From the NCBI GenBank assembly GCA_951406725.2, contig OX597830.1, forward strand, positions 5,704,001 through 5,768,000: 64,000 nucleotides of DNA. Reading direction: 5' to 3'. Every line of letters starts with the position of its first letter. Positions within the stretch are counted from its first letter, which is position 1. Below the pieces are notes generated by a model. The model did not search any database, was not told the DNA's origin, and saw nothing but the letters and a program-made list of their open reading frames with translations. The position numbers and the translations under genes are program-made. The DNA comes from Octopus vulgaris (lineage: Eukaryota). Below are positions 12,342-26,250 of the stretch, one piece after another.

Positions 12342-13122
12342 CTGTGGTTGCAGAACAAACAAATACAAGGTCATCCACGTAACATTTCATATCTCGAACA
12401 TTTGATCACATAATGCTTTTTCTTTCACATAGAATATGTGAAACACAATTCATCAGTACAAGCATATAAGAAAATACAAGAAAGTGCGTGAATACAGTTC
12501 ATCTCGGTTAAAAGTTAACGTTTAATACTTTAGCGATTAAGAAATATATATATACTTTTTTTAAATATTACAACACTTAGAATAATAAATACATAAAAAT
12601 ATAAGAAATATATAAATATATAGATATATAAAAATACATATATAAATATGGGAAGCATATAAATAAGTAATATATAGTATATAAAGTAAGATAAAAGTTC
12701 ATCGTTTAGAAATTTTTTTCGATTAAAAATTACTTTTCAGATAAAGGAAACCTATAGTTAAAAGCCAGTGTCCAAGCAAAAATGAAGAAACCATATTTAC
12801 ATTCCCTATGGCCATTTCAGGGGTACTTTACTGTATTTAATGCACGAGGGTGCATCACAATAAGTACTCCTTCGTCAGGCGAAAAATACAAAAACAGACA
12901 TCACGTACCAGGGCGAGACCTCCTTTACCAAAACTCACACAATATTAACCGAGATGAACTGTATTCACGCACTTTCTTGTATTTTCTTATATGCTTGTAC
13001 TGATGAATTGTGTTTCACATATTCTATGTGAAAGAAAAAGCATTATGTGATCAAATGTTCGAGATATGAAATGTTACGTGGATGACCTTGTATTTGTTTG
13101 TTCTGCAACCACAGTTTAATAT
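12336..13122. mobile_element. Element with ~175-bp perfect inverted arms and an internal hammerhead motif (Penelope-like non-autonomous element)
   Basis: 12336-12511 is the reverse complement of 12944-13122; (TA)n lies on the left flank. Confidence 0.75.
12802..12883 (-). ncRNA. Type I hammerhead ribozyme motif with an intact core
   Basis: TTCGC-CTGACGA-AGGAGTACTT...AAGTACCCCT-GAAA-TGGCCA-TA-GGGAA; long stem II and palindromic stem III. Confidence 0.75.
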
Positions 13123-13273
13123 ATGTGTCTCATTTAATTGAGCACTTCTATTGCAGTCCTATTAAACATTTTGTTCCTGATAAGAAACAATCACTGTATT
13201 ATTGATATATATATATATATACATACATATATATATATATATATACACACACATATATATATACCAGGCGTAT

Positions 13274-13623
13274 GGAGGTGCAATGCCCCAGTGGTTAGGG
13301 CAGCAGACTCGCGGTCGTACGAACGCGGTTTCGATTCCCAGACCGGGCGCTGTGAGTTTTTATTGAGCGAAAACACTTAAAGCTGCACGAGACTCCGGCA
13401 GGGGGGCGTGCAGAACCCTGCTGTACTCTTTCACCACAACTGTCTCTCACTCTTTCCTCCTGTTTCTGTTGTATTTGTATTTCAAAGGGCTACCCTTGTC
13501 ACACGCTCTGTCACGCTGAATCTCCCCGAGTGCTCAGCCAATTGCACGTTAATTTCACGAGCAGGCTGTTCCGTTGATCGGATCAACTGGAACCCACGTT
13601 GTTGTAACCCACGGAATGCCACG
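13274..13623 (+). mobile_element. tRNA-derived SINE (family B)
   Basis: tRNA-like head (TGCCCCAGTGG ... GGTTTCGATTCCC); TSD ata(c/t)caggcgta at 13261-13272 and 13624-13635. Confidence 0.88.
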
Positions 13624-14359
13624 ATATCAGGCGTACAAGCCAGATCGGCGTGTGTGTGTTGACAGGATCAGACATCAATAACCATACATATTAACTAACA
13701 ACCCAATATTCCCTCTAGCATGGACTACATCGAAATCTTCAGACTTTATTCTAACAGCATATGCATCGACTCGTTCGTCACACCAACGTCACAATTACAT
13801 CACACCTACGTCACATATACCTCACACTTACGTCACACAGAAGAACCTAAAGCAATAACTAACGTAACCTGTCTCTTTGAAGAAATCCTGTAATCTACAG
13901 TATTTATCGGATGCTTATTTCAGCATCATTTCTTTATCTCTTTGTATCAACAAAGACATAAATTTACCCAAACTTTGTCACTTAGATAGTCTACCTGACA
14001 GCTTTACGTGTAATCAAATTTTAGACCCAAATCAAAATCTAATCTTCGAAGTCGATATACATTGTGATATGTCTGTGTGTACATGTATGACACACACACA
14101 CACACACATACATACATGTATGTATGTATACACGTGCACACACACATACTCACTTACGCACACACAAACACACACACACACACACACATATATATTTACA
14201 GAATACGTAAGGAATATTTGTCAACTGATTTATATTAATGGGTATGTGCTATGAGTATTCTGTTTAGTCTACCTCTAAAACTTCGGTTTGAACCGAAACT
14301 GAAAAATGCCATGTTGAGACGATCTATCAGAAGCGGGTGTGTTTTTTTTTCTTTGAGCA

Positions 14360-15125
14360 AGTATATAAAGATTAAAGTATGATTGAAAAATCAAATCGTT
14401 TGGCATCACTTGAAAAAAACAATTTAATTTAGTTGAAGAATATAGATATACACACTCTCTTACAGCTGTTTCTAGAATAGCTAAGCATGTGAATCCATAG
14501 GCTGAGTAACCCGCCATCAGAGGGGGAGAAGTTAACCCGATGTAAAAGCTAGGGAATATTCCCAATCGTGGATATTTGTGTATTCCAATTTGTCAAGAGA
14601 AGGGAAGGATCAGAGCAGAATAGGAATGTGTTTGTAGATCCATGATCAAATGGAAATACAGGTCTAGGTATTATGCTTTAATATTTTCAAGTGAGAATGT
14701 CCGGCGATAATCCATGACGAGGTGTAGTGGAAGCTACCAGTTACAGTTTTGAACGGAGAATCAATGAGGCTAGAATAGGCATATTGTACAATAGCCAGGA
14801 GGAAAGAAAGGCGGTGAAGTAGCATATGTATGTATGTATATATATATATATATACACATACATACTAGTCAGTATGGAAGGGTCTGCTTGTCGAGAGAGG
14901 TTGGGAGAATATGTATAGGACCAGATAGATAAAGGGATTTCAGATACTGTCAAATGACCACCTAGGAATACCCAGTCTGTCGAATCCTTACTAAATATGA
15001 AGATCCGCATGCTTGGCTATTCTAGAAATCGCCGTAAGAGACTCAATTTACTTTCTCTGTCTAAATTTATAAACTTTTTCAAGTGATGCCAAACGGTTGG
15101 CTATTTCATTTTTATTTATAATCTC
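14360..15125. mobile_element. Old inverted-repeat element (possibly a Penelope-like remnant)
   Basis: Diverged inverted arms ~14360-14500 and ~14995-15125 (cgtttggcatcacttgaaaaa; tttctagaatagc.aagcatg). Confidence 0.5.
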
Positions 15126-15841
15126 TACATATTCATATGCATACACTCACACACACACACACACACATGCATATATATATTTACATTCATACATATGTAT
15201 ATGTGCACATATATGTGTGCGTGCGTGTGTGTGTCTGTGTGTGTGTAGAGAGGAGTTGTTAATGTTTTTGACATAGATTTACGTCACTCCGAATTCTGCA
15301 GATGTGGAATCACAACTGATCCTTCAGATGCTGACTATTGCAAAGCAGACACCAATCATAAATAAATCAGGTTATAATTGGATAGTGTATTAATATTTAT
15401 TATAACATGAAGGAGTGTAGCCGCTGCAGAATGGGGTTCCACAGGGGCCAACAGATAAGTATAGTTGTGTTTGAAATTCCGGTAGAATTTCAGTAAATAG
15501 TTAATAAAAATTATAGAACGATCTCGCCAATTAATACTTCAAATAAGCTAATAACGATCTCACCATATGACAGCAGTATAAAAGTTCAGTTATTTTTTTG
15601 TTCTGGAATACATCCTGCGGTTTCTATGTGTGCAGTTTTAGTTCAAGAGAGAGAGAGAGACAGAAGGAGAAACATGACATCTATCGGCTCAGAGCCCTGA
15701 AGCGGTGTCACTGCCGTTGCTTCCGTTTATGTATTCCTCAGATAAAATAAGACGAGGCACTTCAGCCCAAGACTCTACCGGCTGTGCCAATCCTCCACCT
15801 TATTACTGTGATATTTCTATATCGATATATGTTTGTATTTA

Positions 15842-16005
15842 AGGCAGCGAGCGTGCAAAATGCTTGAGTTCAAAGAATGTCGAAGTCACCTTTGCCTTTC
15901 ATTATTCCGAAGTCGATAAAACAAGTACCAGTTGTGCACTCGGGTCGATGTAATCGACTTACACCTTTCTCCGAAATTGCTGGTCATGTGCGAAAGTTTG
16001 AAATC
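15842..16005 (+). mobile_element. Degenerate SINE family A copy
   Basis: tttgcctttcat..gtcgataaa..agtaccagttgtgcactcgggtcgatgtaatcgac. Confidence 0.7.
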
Positions 16006-16746
16006 GATATATGTTTATAATAATATTTTAACCCTCCGAGAACAGAAATTATTTTTTTTTTTTTCTTTGACTGGTTAAACGTTGCAGCTGTGGTTTTCTG
16101 AAGTCAATCGTCAGTGAGAATATTCCTGTTCCAAGACGTTCCTACCTTAGCCATCCTGTCTGGTGTAAAATAGCAGCATTCACTTGGAGGGAAATGTAGC
16201 TCAATGTTCAACAAGCAAAATTCCCTCAGAAAGATTCTGCCGTGTTTGTAAGACGGTTAATAATTGTGTCTGGTTCTTGGGCAACATATCTTTTTCAACT
16301 TCACCAGCAACTTCTCAGAGCGATTTCAGGAGATGAAAGAGATGTTATCGCATATTTTTATCCTAAGTATGATACTTATACCTCATTCCCTTTTCCGAAA
16401 CACGATCTACTTTCTACTGAGAGCTGAGTGAAAATAAATATCATAAACCTGTCATTTTCGTTAATGGCTTATCAGATTACGAAAAATTTTTAGATTTGAG
16501 ATTATTTCCCGTGCTCAAGTGGAAATGTTCTTAATTACTATTTGGTAATTATGATACCTCTCTGGAGGCAAAGACGATCTAAATAAATCAGAAATTTATG
16601 TTGTATGGTAAGTTGAGTACTTAAATGTTGTTCAAGTGCATTTCATGGCCCTTTCTGGGTTATCTTTCTTGGCTATTTATTTGCTTACACGCCGCCCCAT
16701 AAACACACAGACACGAGCACACACTCGTATAAATATACATATATAC

Positions 16747-16792
<46 letters not shown>

Positions 16793-16939
16793 CAGAAAAT
16801 AAATCCTGAGGATGATTTGCTCAACGAAAGGCGGTGCTCCAGCATGGCCGCAATCAAAGAATAAAAGAATAAAAGTATATGCATATATATATATATACAC
16901 ATATATTGATAAAAACGGTAAGATAATAAAAGAATAAAA

Positions 16940-16974
<35 letters not shown>

Positions 16975-17107
16975 TGTATGCCTGTATGTATGTATGTATG
17001 TGTGTGCGTTTGCGTGTGTATGTATACATACAGATACCTGAACGAGTGCTGGTGTACTACGTGGCAGGTGTCGAAGTAATATCGGAATGAAATTCTGCTC
17101 AAGAGAA

Positions 17108-17146
<39 letters not shown>

Positions 17147-17191
17147 ATGTGTGAGTGTAAGGGTTTATTTATGTGTGTGTGGGTGTGTGTG

Positions 17192-18195
<1,004 letters not shown>

Positions 18196-18354
18196 TATAC
18201 ACGTACATATATATAATTATACGTATGTATTATTATATGTGTAATTATATGTATACACACAAACATATATATATATATACAGACATATACACATACACAT
18301 ATATATACATACATATATATTTATATATTTATATATATTTATATATATATAATT

Positions 18355-18923
18355 AGAAATATTAAATTTCTAAATATCTCATAGAGATATGTACGGTGGT
18401 GGGGCGATAGAATGGTTGTATACTGTCAATCTAACGTGAACGTGACAGTAGGGGGTTACACCACCGCTGTTTAGCCCTAGGAAGCATCGACGCTTCCTGT
18501 CGACTTCGACACATTTCCTGTGTCCTTATATATTTACGAAGGGGAGACAAGTACCCCCAACAGCTAGGCCTGCATCTAGAGACACGCATGTTTCAGGGTC
18601 TTTGCCCATCATCGGTCTAGAGTAGCAGAAGCCTGCTAGCTGCAGATATATGTTTCGACATCGTAAATATATATATCTAATTTTCAGTGAAGTCTATTCA
18701 CTGATCACCAAAATCAGAAATATTAAATTTCTAAATATCTCATAGAGTTATGTACGGTGGTGGGGCGATAGAATGATTGTATACTATCAATAGGGGATTA
18801 CACGTAAATATATAAGGACACAGGAAAAAATGTGTCGAAGCCGACAGGAAGCGTCGATGCTTCCTAGGGCTAAACAGCGGTGGTGTAATCCCCTACTGTC
18901 ACGTTAAATTGACAGTATACAAC

Positions 18924-18931
<8 letters not shown>
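18355..18931. mobile_element. Direct + inverted repeat element with hammerhead motif(s), between AT-rich/(TA)n tracts (Penelope-like pLTR arrangement)
   Basis: 76-bp direct repeat 18355-18430/18716-18791; inverted repeat 18407-18538/18803-18931. Confidence 0.7.
18576..18620 (-). ncRNA. Minimal type I hammerhead motif (core CCGAUGA variant)
   Basis: CTAGA-CCGATGA-TGGG CAAAGA CCCT-GAAA-CA TGCG TG-TC-TCTAG; stems I, II and III all close. Confidence 0.7.
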
Positions 18932-18971
<40 letters not shown>

Positions 18972-20011
18972 TATACATATATACATATATGTACATACCC
19001 ACATATATATGTATATATGCATGCACATATAGGTGGGGAATATTTTTTATGTACATGTCTCATTTCTCTGTTTCTTTCGTTGTTCGAATTGAGTTCGTTT
19101 TCTATGTTTTTGTTTTATGTTTTTGTTTCTCATTGTGTGCAACGTTTTTTTGTCCTGTACCCATATATGCATGTGTATATATATACATACACATGTAGGT
19201 ATGTACATATATGTATGTATGTATATATGCATATATTTATATATTATTTATATTATTATATGGCCGAACGTCACGCATCCTTTTCCAAGTAAGTTTATCT
19301 TATATATATACACGAGCAAAGCGCCCCCCCCCATCGTCAAATATTTAAACTAAATTTTCTCAAAACAACTTTTACGAGCGTCCCATAGGCCTCCCCTTTG
19401 GGAAACCCTGATTTAACCTAAATTTGAGGCACCAGCAAAAGAAGAAATAAAGATAGACAAATTCAAGTTCCCACGGCTTTATCGATCGCATTCTCTTCTG
19501 GAATCGATTTTTGTAATTTTTTCAAGACTTATACACGCCCTGAAACCGCCGGTATCTCCATATCAAATTTGAGCGCAATCGGATGGAGGATGCCCGAGAC
19601 CTTATAAGACACACACACACACACAGAGAACGGATTTTATATAACAGATATACCCATACACACGTACACATGAACACAAACACACACATAGGGACACCCA
19701 AGCACGCACACATATGTGTATGTAGATGTGCATATATGTGTGTGTGTGTGTGCGCGCACGTGTGTATTTGTGTTTAAGATTGAGATAACAGTCAAACTCT
19801 GAGTTTTGCCTCAATATAAAATATAAGTTAATATACTTTAGAACGCACGACACACACACACACACGCACACACGAACACACACACACACGAACGCACACA
19901 CATACACACATAGGGAGATAATCGAAAGATAGATATTCGTATGTATATAATAACATACGTTCATATATATATATACACACACACACGCGTGTATAGATAT
20001 ATATATATATT

Positions 20012-20052
<41 letters not shown>

Positions 20053-20448
20053 GTGTATAGATATATGCGTCTTCGTGCCGTTTCATTGATTCGTAGAAGC
20101 GTTTGCATTAGTATGAACGAGGCGTTAACCAATATCTGAATTCCACGCAGTTTTAATGGGGAGGGCTGTTACTCTACACGTCCCAGTAATTACAGAATAA
20201 TTATAACCTAATCTCTAATTAGCTAAGATCACAAATCTTCAATAATCATACAGTTTTGGTTTAAGTTACAAATGTCTACAAAAATTGATTTCATATTAAT
20301 TTTCATCAATACGATGACATTACTCCATGTTTTGATTTGATAATGTTTTAGTAAAATGTTGTCTGCTGTTATTTTGCTGGAAATTATTGTTTGATGTCTC
20401 ATAACAGCATCACTATTTCTTGTATGACTATAAGGTGTGACGAAAGAA

Positions 20449-20860
20449 GGCGGCGAGCTGGCAGAAGCGTTAGCGCGCCGGACGAAATGCTTAGCAGTAT
20501 TTCGTCTGCTGCTGCGTTCTGAGTTCAAATTCCGCCGAGGTCGACTTTGCCTTTCATCCTTTCGAGGTCGATGAAATAAGTACGAGTAACGCACTGGGGT
20601 CGATATAATCGACTTAATCCGTTTGTCTGTCCTTGTTTGTCCTCTCTGTGTTTAGACCCCAGTGGGTAGTAAAGAAATAGGTATTTCGTCTGTCGTTACG
20701 TTCTGAGTTCAAATTCCGCCGAGGTCGACAATGCCTTTCATCCTTTTGGGGTCAATAAATAAAGCACCAATTTCGTACTGGGGTCGAATTAATCAACTTA
20801 ATCCCTTTGTCTGTCCTTGTTTGTCCCCTCTATGTTTAGCCCCTTTTGGGCAATAAAAAA
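20449..20860 (+). mobile_element. Head-to-tail dimeric SINE family A
   Basis: Two bodies flanked by a perfect 16-bp TSD tataaggtgtgacgaa (20429-20444, 20863-20878). Confidence 0.9.
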
Positions 20861-21067
20861 TATATAAGGTGTGACGAATTAGACATGAATGTACTAACAC
20901 ACACACGCACACATATATATACACACGCACATATACATCCACACACTCATACACACAGATGCACGCGTGTACACCCATATCCAAAACTTGGACAACCACG
21001 AAGATAGGCACAAAGAAATATATGAAAATATCTATTACCTAGGCTAATTTGCTTAATTGAAAGGAAA

Positions 21068-21233
21068 TTTGTGGTGTAAGAGTATAGCAGGGTTCGGCAA
21101 CAGCCCCTGCCAGAGTCTCGTGCCGATTTAGGTGTTTTCGCTCATTAAGCTCTCACAACGCCCGGTCTGGGAATCGAAACCGAGATCCTAGGACCGCGAG
21201 TCCTTTAGCCTGACCACTTGACCATTGCGCCTT
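21068..21233 (-). mobile_element. SINE family B, 5' part
   Basis: Matches 2020-2180. Confidence 0.8.
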
Positions 21234-21267
21234 CACATGTGATGGATATAGAGATAGTATATGACAG

Positions 21268-21548
21268 TTTTCGTCTGCCGTTACGTTTTGGGTTCAAATT
21301 ACGCCGAGGTCGACTTTGCCTTTCATCTTTTCGGGGTCGATAAATTAAGTACCAGTTACGCACTGGGGTCGATGCAATCGACTTAATCAGTTTGTCTGTC
21401 CTTGTTTGTCCTCTCTGTGTTTAGCCCCTTGTGGGTAGTAAAGAAGTAGGTATTTCGTCTGTCGTTACGTTCTGAGTTCAAATTCTGCGGAGGTCGAGTT
21501 TGCCTTTCATCCTTTCTATGTTTAGCCCCTTGTGGGTAGTAAAGAAAT
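21268..21548 (+). mobile_element. 5'-truncated dimeric SINE family A
   Basis: TSD atatagagatagtat at 21246-21260 and 21549-21563. Confidence 0.85.
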
Positions 21549-22226
21549 ATATAGAGATAGTATGTAACAATGTGTGTACGTGTGGGCAGAATAACACAAT
21601 AGAGGTGTAAATGAGACACACTGAAGGTCAGTGAAGGCGCATCAGTTATTCCTACTCCACCCGTAGCACTTCTAGGTTGCGCCATTTCAACTATTAACGT
21701 CCCTTAGTCAAGTCGTTAACATAAAACCTTTCATTTCTTCTCTGTCCTTCATTGCACACAGACTTTCTGATAATCGGCTGCTGAGCATCTTTCGAAAATT
21801 CTTCGCAGTTCCGTTATTACTTCTCCTTCCATGCTTCTAAGTATTTAAACCAATAGTTTGACTTTCTGTTTACTTTCCCCTTGCCGTCCTCTTCTCTTTC
21901 ATTTCTTCCTTATAGTCTTCCATATATTTATGTAATCTCTGCAATATTTATCGTCGCTAATTCCCGTCCTTATCAATAATATTATTTTCCCCTCCTTCGC
22001 ATTCTTCTCTCCCTCTTTCCGTCTCCTTCCCTCCACCTCTCTCTTCCTCGATCTCCTCTCACTGCACAGTCTTTAAATATTTGCATCAAGTAATTTTACG
22101 CTTTGATTCAGTTCATATTGTTTTCTTTCAATATATTCTCTCCTCCTCCTCCTTCTCACTTATCTTCCTTATATCCGGCATATTTACCTTTTCATCAATC
22201 TGAGAGTGCGTGTGTCTCATAATTTC

Positions 22227-22281
<55 letters not shown>

Positions 22282-22342
22282 CATATTTATATACATATCT
22301 CTCTATATATATACATATATACATATATATACATATATATAC

Positions 22343-22375
<33 letters not shown>

Positions 22376-22409
22376 CATACATATATATTTTTATACATAG
22401 AAATATATA

Positions 22410-22491
<82 letters not shown>

Positions 22492-25400
22492 ACGAACACA
22501 TATAAACACACTAGAAAACTAAGAAACACGCATAGTGTATATCCGTGCATACACATACATACGTTCATATATATATATATACACTTCGCAGACCCTTATA
22601 CATATATGGACTAGACTCTCTCATTCCGACTCTCTCTCTCTCTCTCTCTCTCTTACTTACTCTATCACTCACTCACTCTCTATCTCTCTTTTTTCACATC
22701 TATTTCCTCTCTGACACCCTTCCCTTTGTTCTATTTGTAAGATGTCGGTTTCACTCTCGCCGAAACGTTGTTTTGCCATGATTAAAGATGACATATCTTC
22801 AACTTTTAATTTAAACCGAACAATTTCCAACTATTTTCTCATGTCAATAACAACACCATCCTTTCATTGCGAAGGGAGATAACTGAAACCTTAGAGAAGC
22901 AACAGACTAAAAAGAAATTGCATAACTTTCTTTTTTTTTTTTTGTTGCTTTACTTCCTGTCTGGAATGAAATTTCATCAGCGTCCATATTTTCTTTCATC
23001 TGTGTAGTTTTGATAAAAGAATAAAGAAAATGAGTAGATCAACTAAATACGAGTATCAGTAATGTACCTGAGTGATTCGAGTCAATTATACCCACTTACT
23101 GCTGCCAAAAGAAATGACAAAATCGATATTTTCACCCAAACTTGCCAAAGTGTCTAAACTGGACATTGGAGAGTTACATTCGCAGACAGTATTGATTTTC
23201 AGACATCGCGATTCCCAGTTCAGTTAACCTACTTCCACTTTAACAAATGCTGTTGTTTTGCTTTAGGTCTGCTCCGGTTGAGCAGATACGTGATCAATGG
23301 CGTTCCAGCCGTGATTCTACCGTCTTGGTCTCTTGTGTCTTGCTTTCATAGCTAGATTATCTAATAAGATTATGTCCTGAAATGCTAGAAAGAGGTGCAT
23401 ATCTGGAAATAATTAGAAGAATTGTGAATATAAGGAAATTTCATAGACGAAGACTTTGCGAAAGCCGTTTGTGTATACGAAGATCTTCTAAAATGTTCCT
23501 GGCTTTGGAAAAAGGAATATATAGTGGGGATCAGTTCATTATGATTTTATTCAACGCACCTCCTTCTCAGATTCACACACTTATTGCAGCGGTTGTTCAT
23601 GTTTTTTAAGCCCTGTAAAAGAACTCGGAATGCCGGGCCTCCAACCAGGCCTTTCGCGACACTCTTGAAGCCAGGCATTTGTCAATACCCACCTCGTACT
23701 TATTTGTGTGAGTATATGTCCACCGCGCTCAATATTCTATGTTTGTGCTTGTGTTTATCACCTACAATAGAATTTGATTAATGATGTTCGTACATTTTCT
23801 CCCTTATAGTTTAGTACTTGTGCAAAATGAGACTGTTAGAATACCATATTAAAAAAAAATGTTGTATATTTGACCGACTAAACTCACCAAGCCGTTGCCC
23901 CAGCATAGTTTGGTGAGTGAAACCTGTAAAAATGTTAGAGAATTTTCGTAAAGTCAAGTATAATTTCACCATTTCGATCTTTCCTCATCTCCTCGATAAA
24001 TGTCCTGATCCTGAAACGTCAGATTTGCCTTTACAATAACTATATCTATTTAAACACACTACCCTTTTTTCCAGATGAGTAGGTGTACTTCCTGGCAGTT
24101 TTTGCTGTTGTGTCGAGTTGATTTGTTACGTATAGACTTCTATAGACACCTGGAATTTGCCTGTAATATATTTAATGCATTATTTTCACAATATTCAACT
24201 GAAGGTGTTTTCTCGTTCACAACAAATGTACAACTGCTGGTGCAGGAAATAATTATATATTCTCTCCAAATTAGAAATCAGAAAAGCGTGACAATATAAC
24301 ATTTTGATTTCTATATTAACCAGACAATAACTAAAATATAAATGGATGTCATGAATTTGATGTTTTATTGAATGGCATCAAACCATAAGAGAAGTGAAGT
24401 GTCGTCATCTGTGCATGAATTGGTGAACATGATAACTATTCATTAGGTGTCATGCCCACATGCAATATGGTGGACCCCCACGCCATCGTTCTTTGTTTCT
24501 GTGTGTCTCTGTTTGTCTTCCTCAATCTCCATCTGTTTGTTCTGTGACTGATTCATTCACGTGATATCGAGATAAATATCAGTTGGGGAAACATTGAGTA
24601 AGTATACTCTAATACGACTTTGTGTGACAGATGCGGAATGACAGTTGCAAAACACACACGCACATTTCTTGCACTCTCTCACGCCTTCACTTAACGCAGA
24701 ATTGAAATCGCAAAAGAAGGCGAGGAAATGAGCGATTGTCTGTTCATGTTGTGTCTGTAACACTGTTATTTGTCGGTAAATATGCTGCCTGATGCTACAA
24801 TAATCGCACGCACCAGAGTATACCTACGTAAAGGTGAAACTTTATTTTAGAGCGGTATTTCTCAACATATTTTACGTAAGGGACCACTTTGATTCCTAGT
24901 TTCTGGGATGGACCCCCCCTAGCCATTCGATATTTAGAAACTATTTTAAGAAAATTGTTAGAATATTTTCTTTATTGGAGAGGCATAACCAATTTATGGC
25001 ACATAAATTTACACAGCATAAATTCTTGGTTAGAAAATCTGACCTTGAGAATAACAATTGCAATGGAACATTCTTCTGTAACTCAAGCGATCACTTGTGA
25101 GAAATGACTTGACGATTGCATCTAACGGAATATCAGACTCTTTGAGGGAAGAGGACAGCAGATATGATCTTTTGTATACTTTTTAAATGGATACTAACCA
25201 CAAGCTTACCATCGAAGTCGGGTTGCAGTTATGACTCACATGGACTTCGTTCATATCTTGACTGAAGATGGACAAGTGTAAAATGTATGTGTGTGTGTGT
25301 GTGTATATATATATGTGTGTATGTGTATGTGTGTATGCGCATGCGCGTGCTTGTGTGTTAACAGAAAGCCAGAACTATTAAAATCGTAAGCATTCCGTCT

Positions 25401-25967
25401 AATTGACCATTTGACTTCAATGCATGTTTTTATAGAACCTCGGCACAGAATTTTAAATGGCAGATTACTTCAGATTTCGACTCACAACATTTTCAAGTAA
25501 AAGTATAAGAATTTTATAGCTGCTCTCACAACATGTCTACCATTACTAAATTGCAAAATATTTAATACGAATTCAGAATTTTCCCTCTGGTCATTTACAT
25601 CACAATCAAACAATACATTACGATAGTGTTACAGGTCACCCCCGATTTTGTTAGAATAAAACTACACAATATTTTTGAAAATACTGGCTATACATGGTTC
25701 CTATAAATTTAGTGGAATTCTTCTTATCGATCTGGGAAATATTCCTTCTGTGGATTTCTTTTGCTGTATTTGATCTTTAACATATTTCCCACTTTGCTTT
25801 AAACGTTTTTCTGTATCGTGACATAATCTTACCAATACACCAATTGTTTCCGGAGATTCTGATAACCTTACGTATCAACCGTACATTATTCATCGATTTA
25901 CATTCAATATACTTTGCATAAGATAGTGTAAGCAATGGCGCTAGACTCTATACGCGGTTCCTAGCAT

Positions 25968-26015
25968 ATGATAATAATAATAATAATGATGACGATGATG
26001 ATGATGATGATGATG

Positions 26016-26046
<31 letters not shown>

Positions 26047-26084
26047 TAACAATAACAATAACAATAACAATAATAATAATAATG

Positions 26085-26115
<31 letters not shown>

Positions 26116-26119
26116 TAAT

Positions 26120-26169
<50 letters not shown>

Positions 26170-26196
26170 TAATAATAAGGAGAATAATAAGAAGAA

Positions 26197-26227
<31 letters not shown>

Positions 26228-26250
26228 AAGAAGAAGAAGAAGAAGAAGAA
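25968..26250. repeat. Compound (ATA)/(ATG)/(AACAAT)/(AGA) microsatellite
   Basis: Direct repeats; accounts for the poly-I/Y/R ORFs. Confidence 0.95.

Noticed and set aside
23984-24025. atct...gaaacgtcagat hammerhead-like 3' half
   Set aside because: No CTGANGA core and no convincing stem II.
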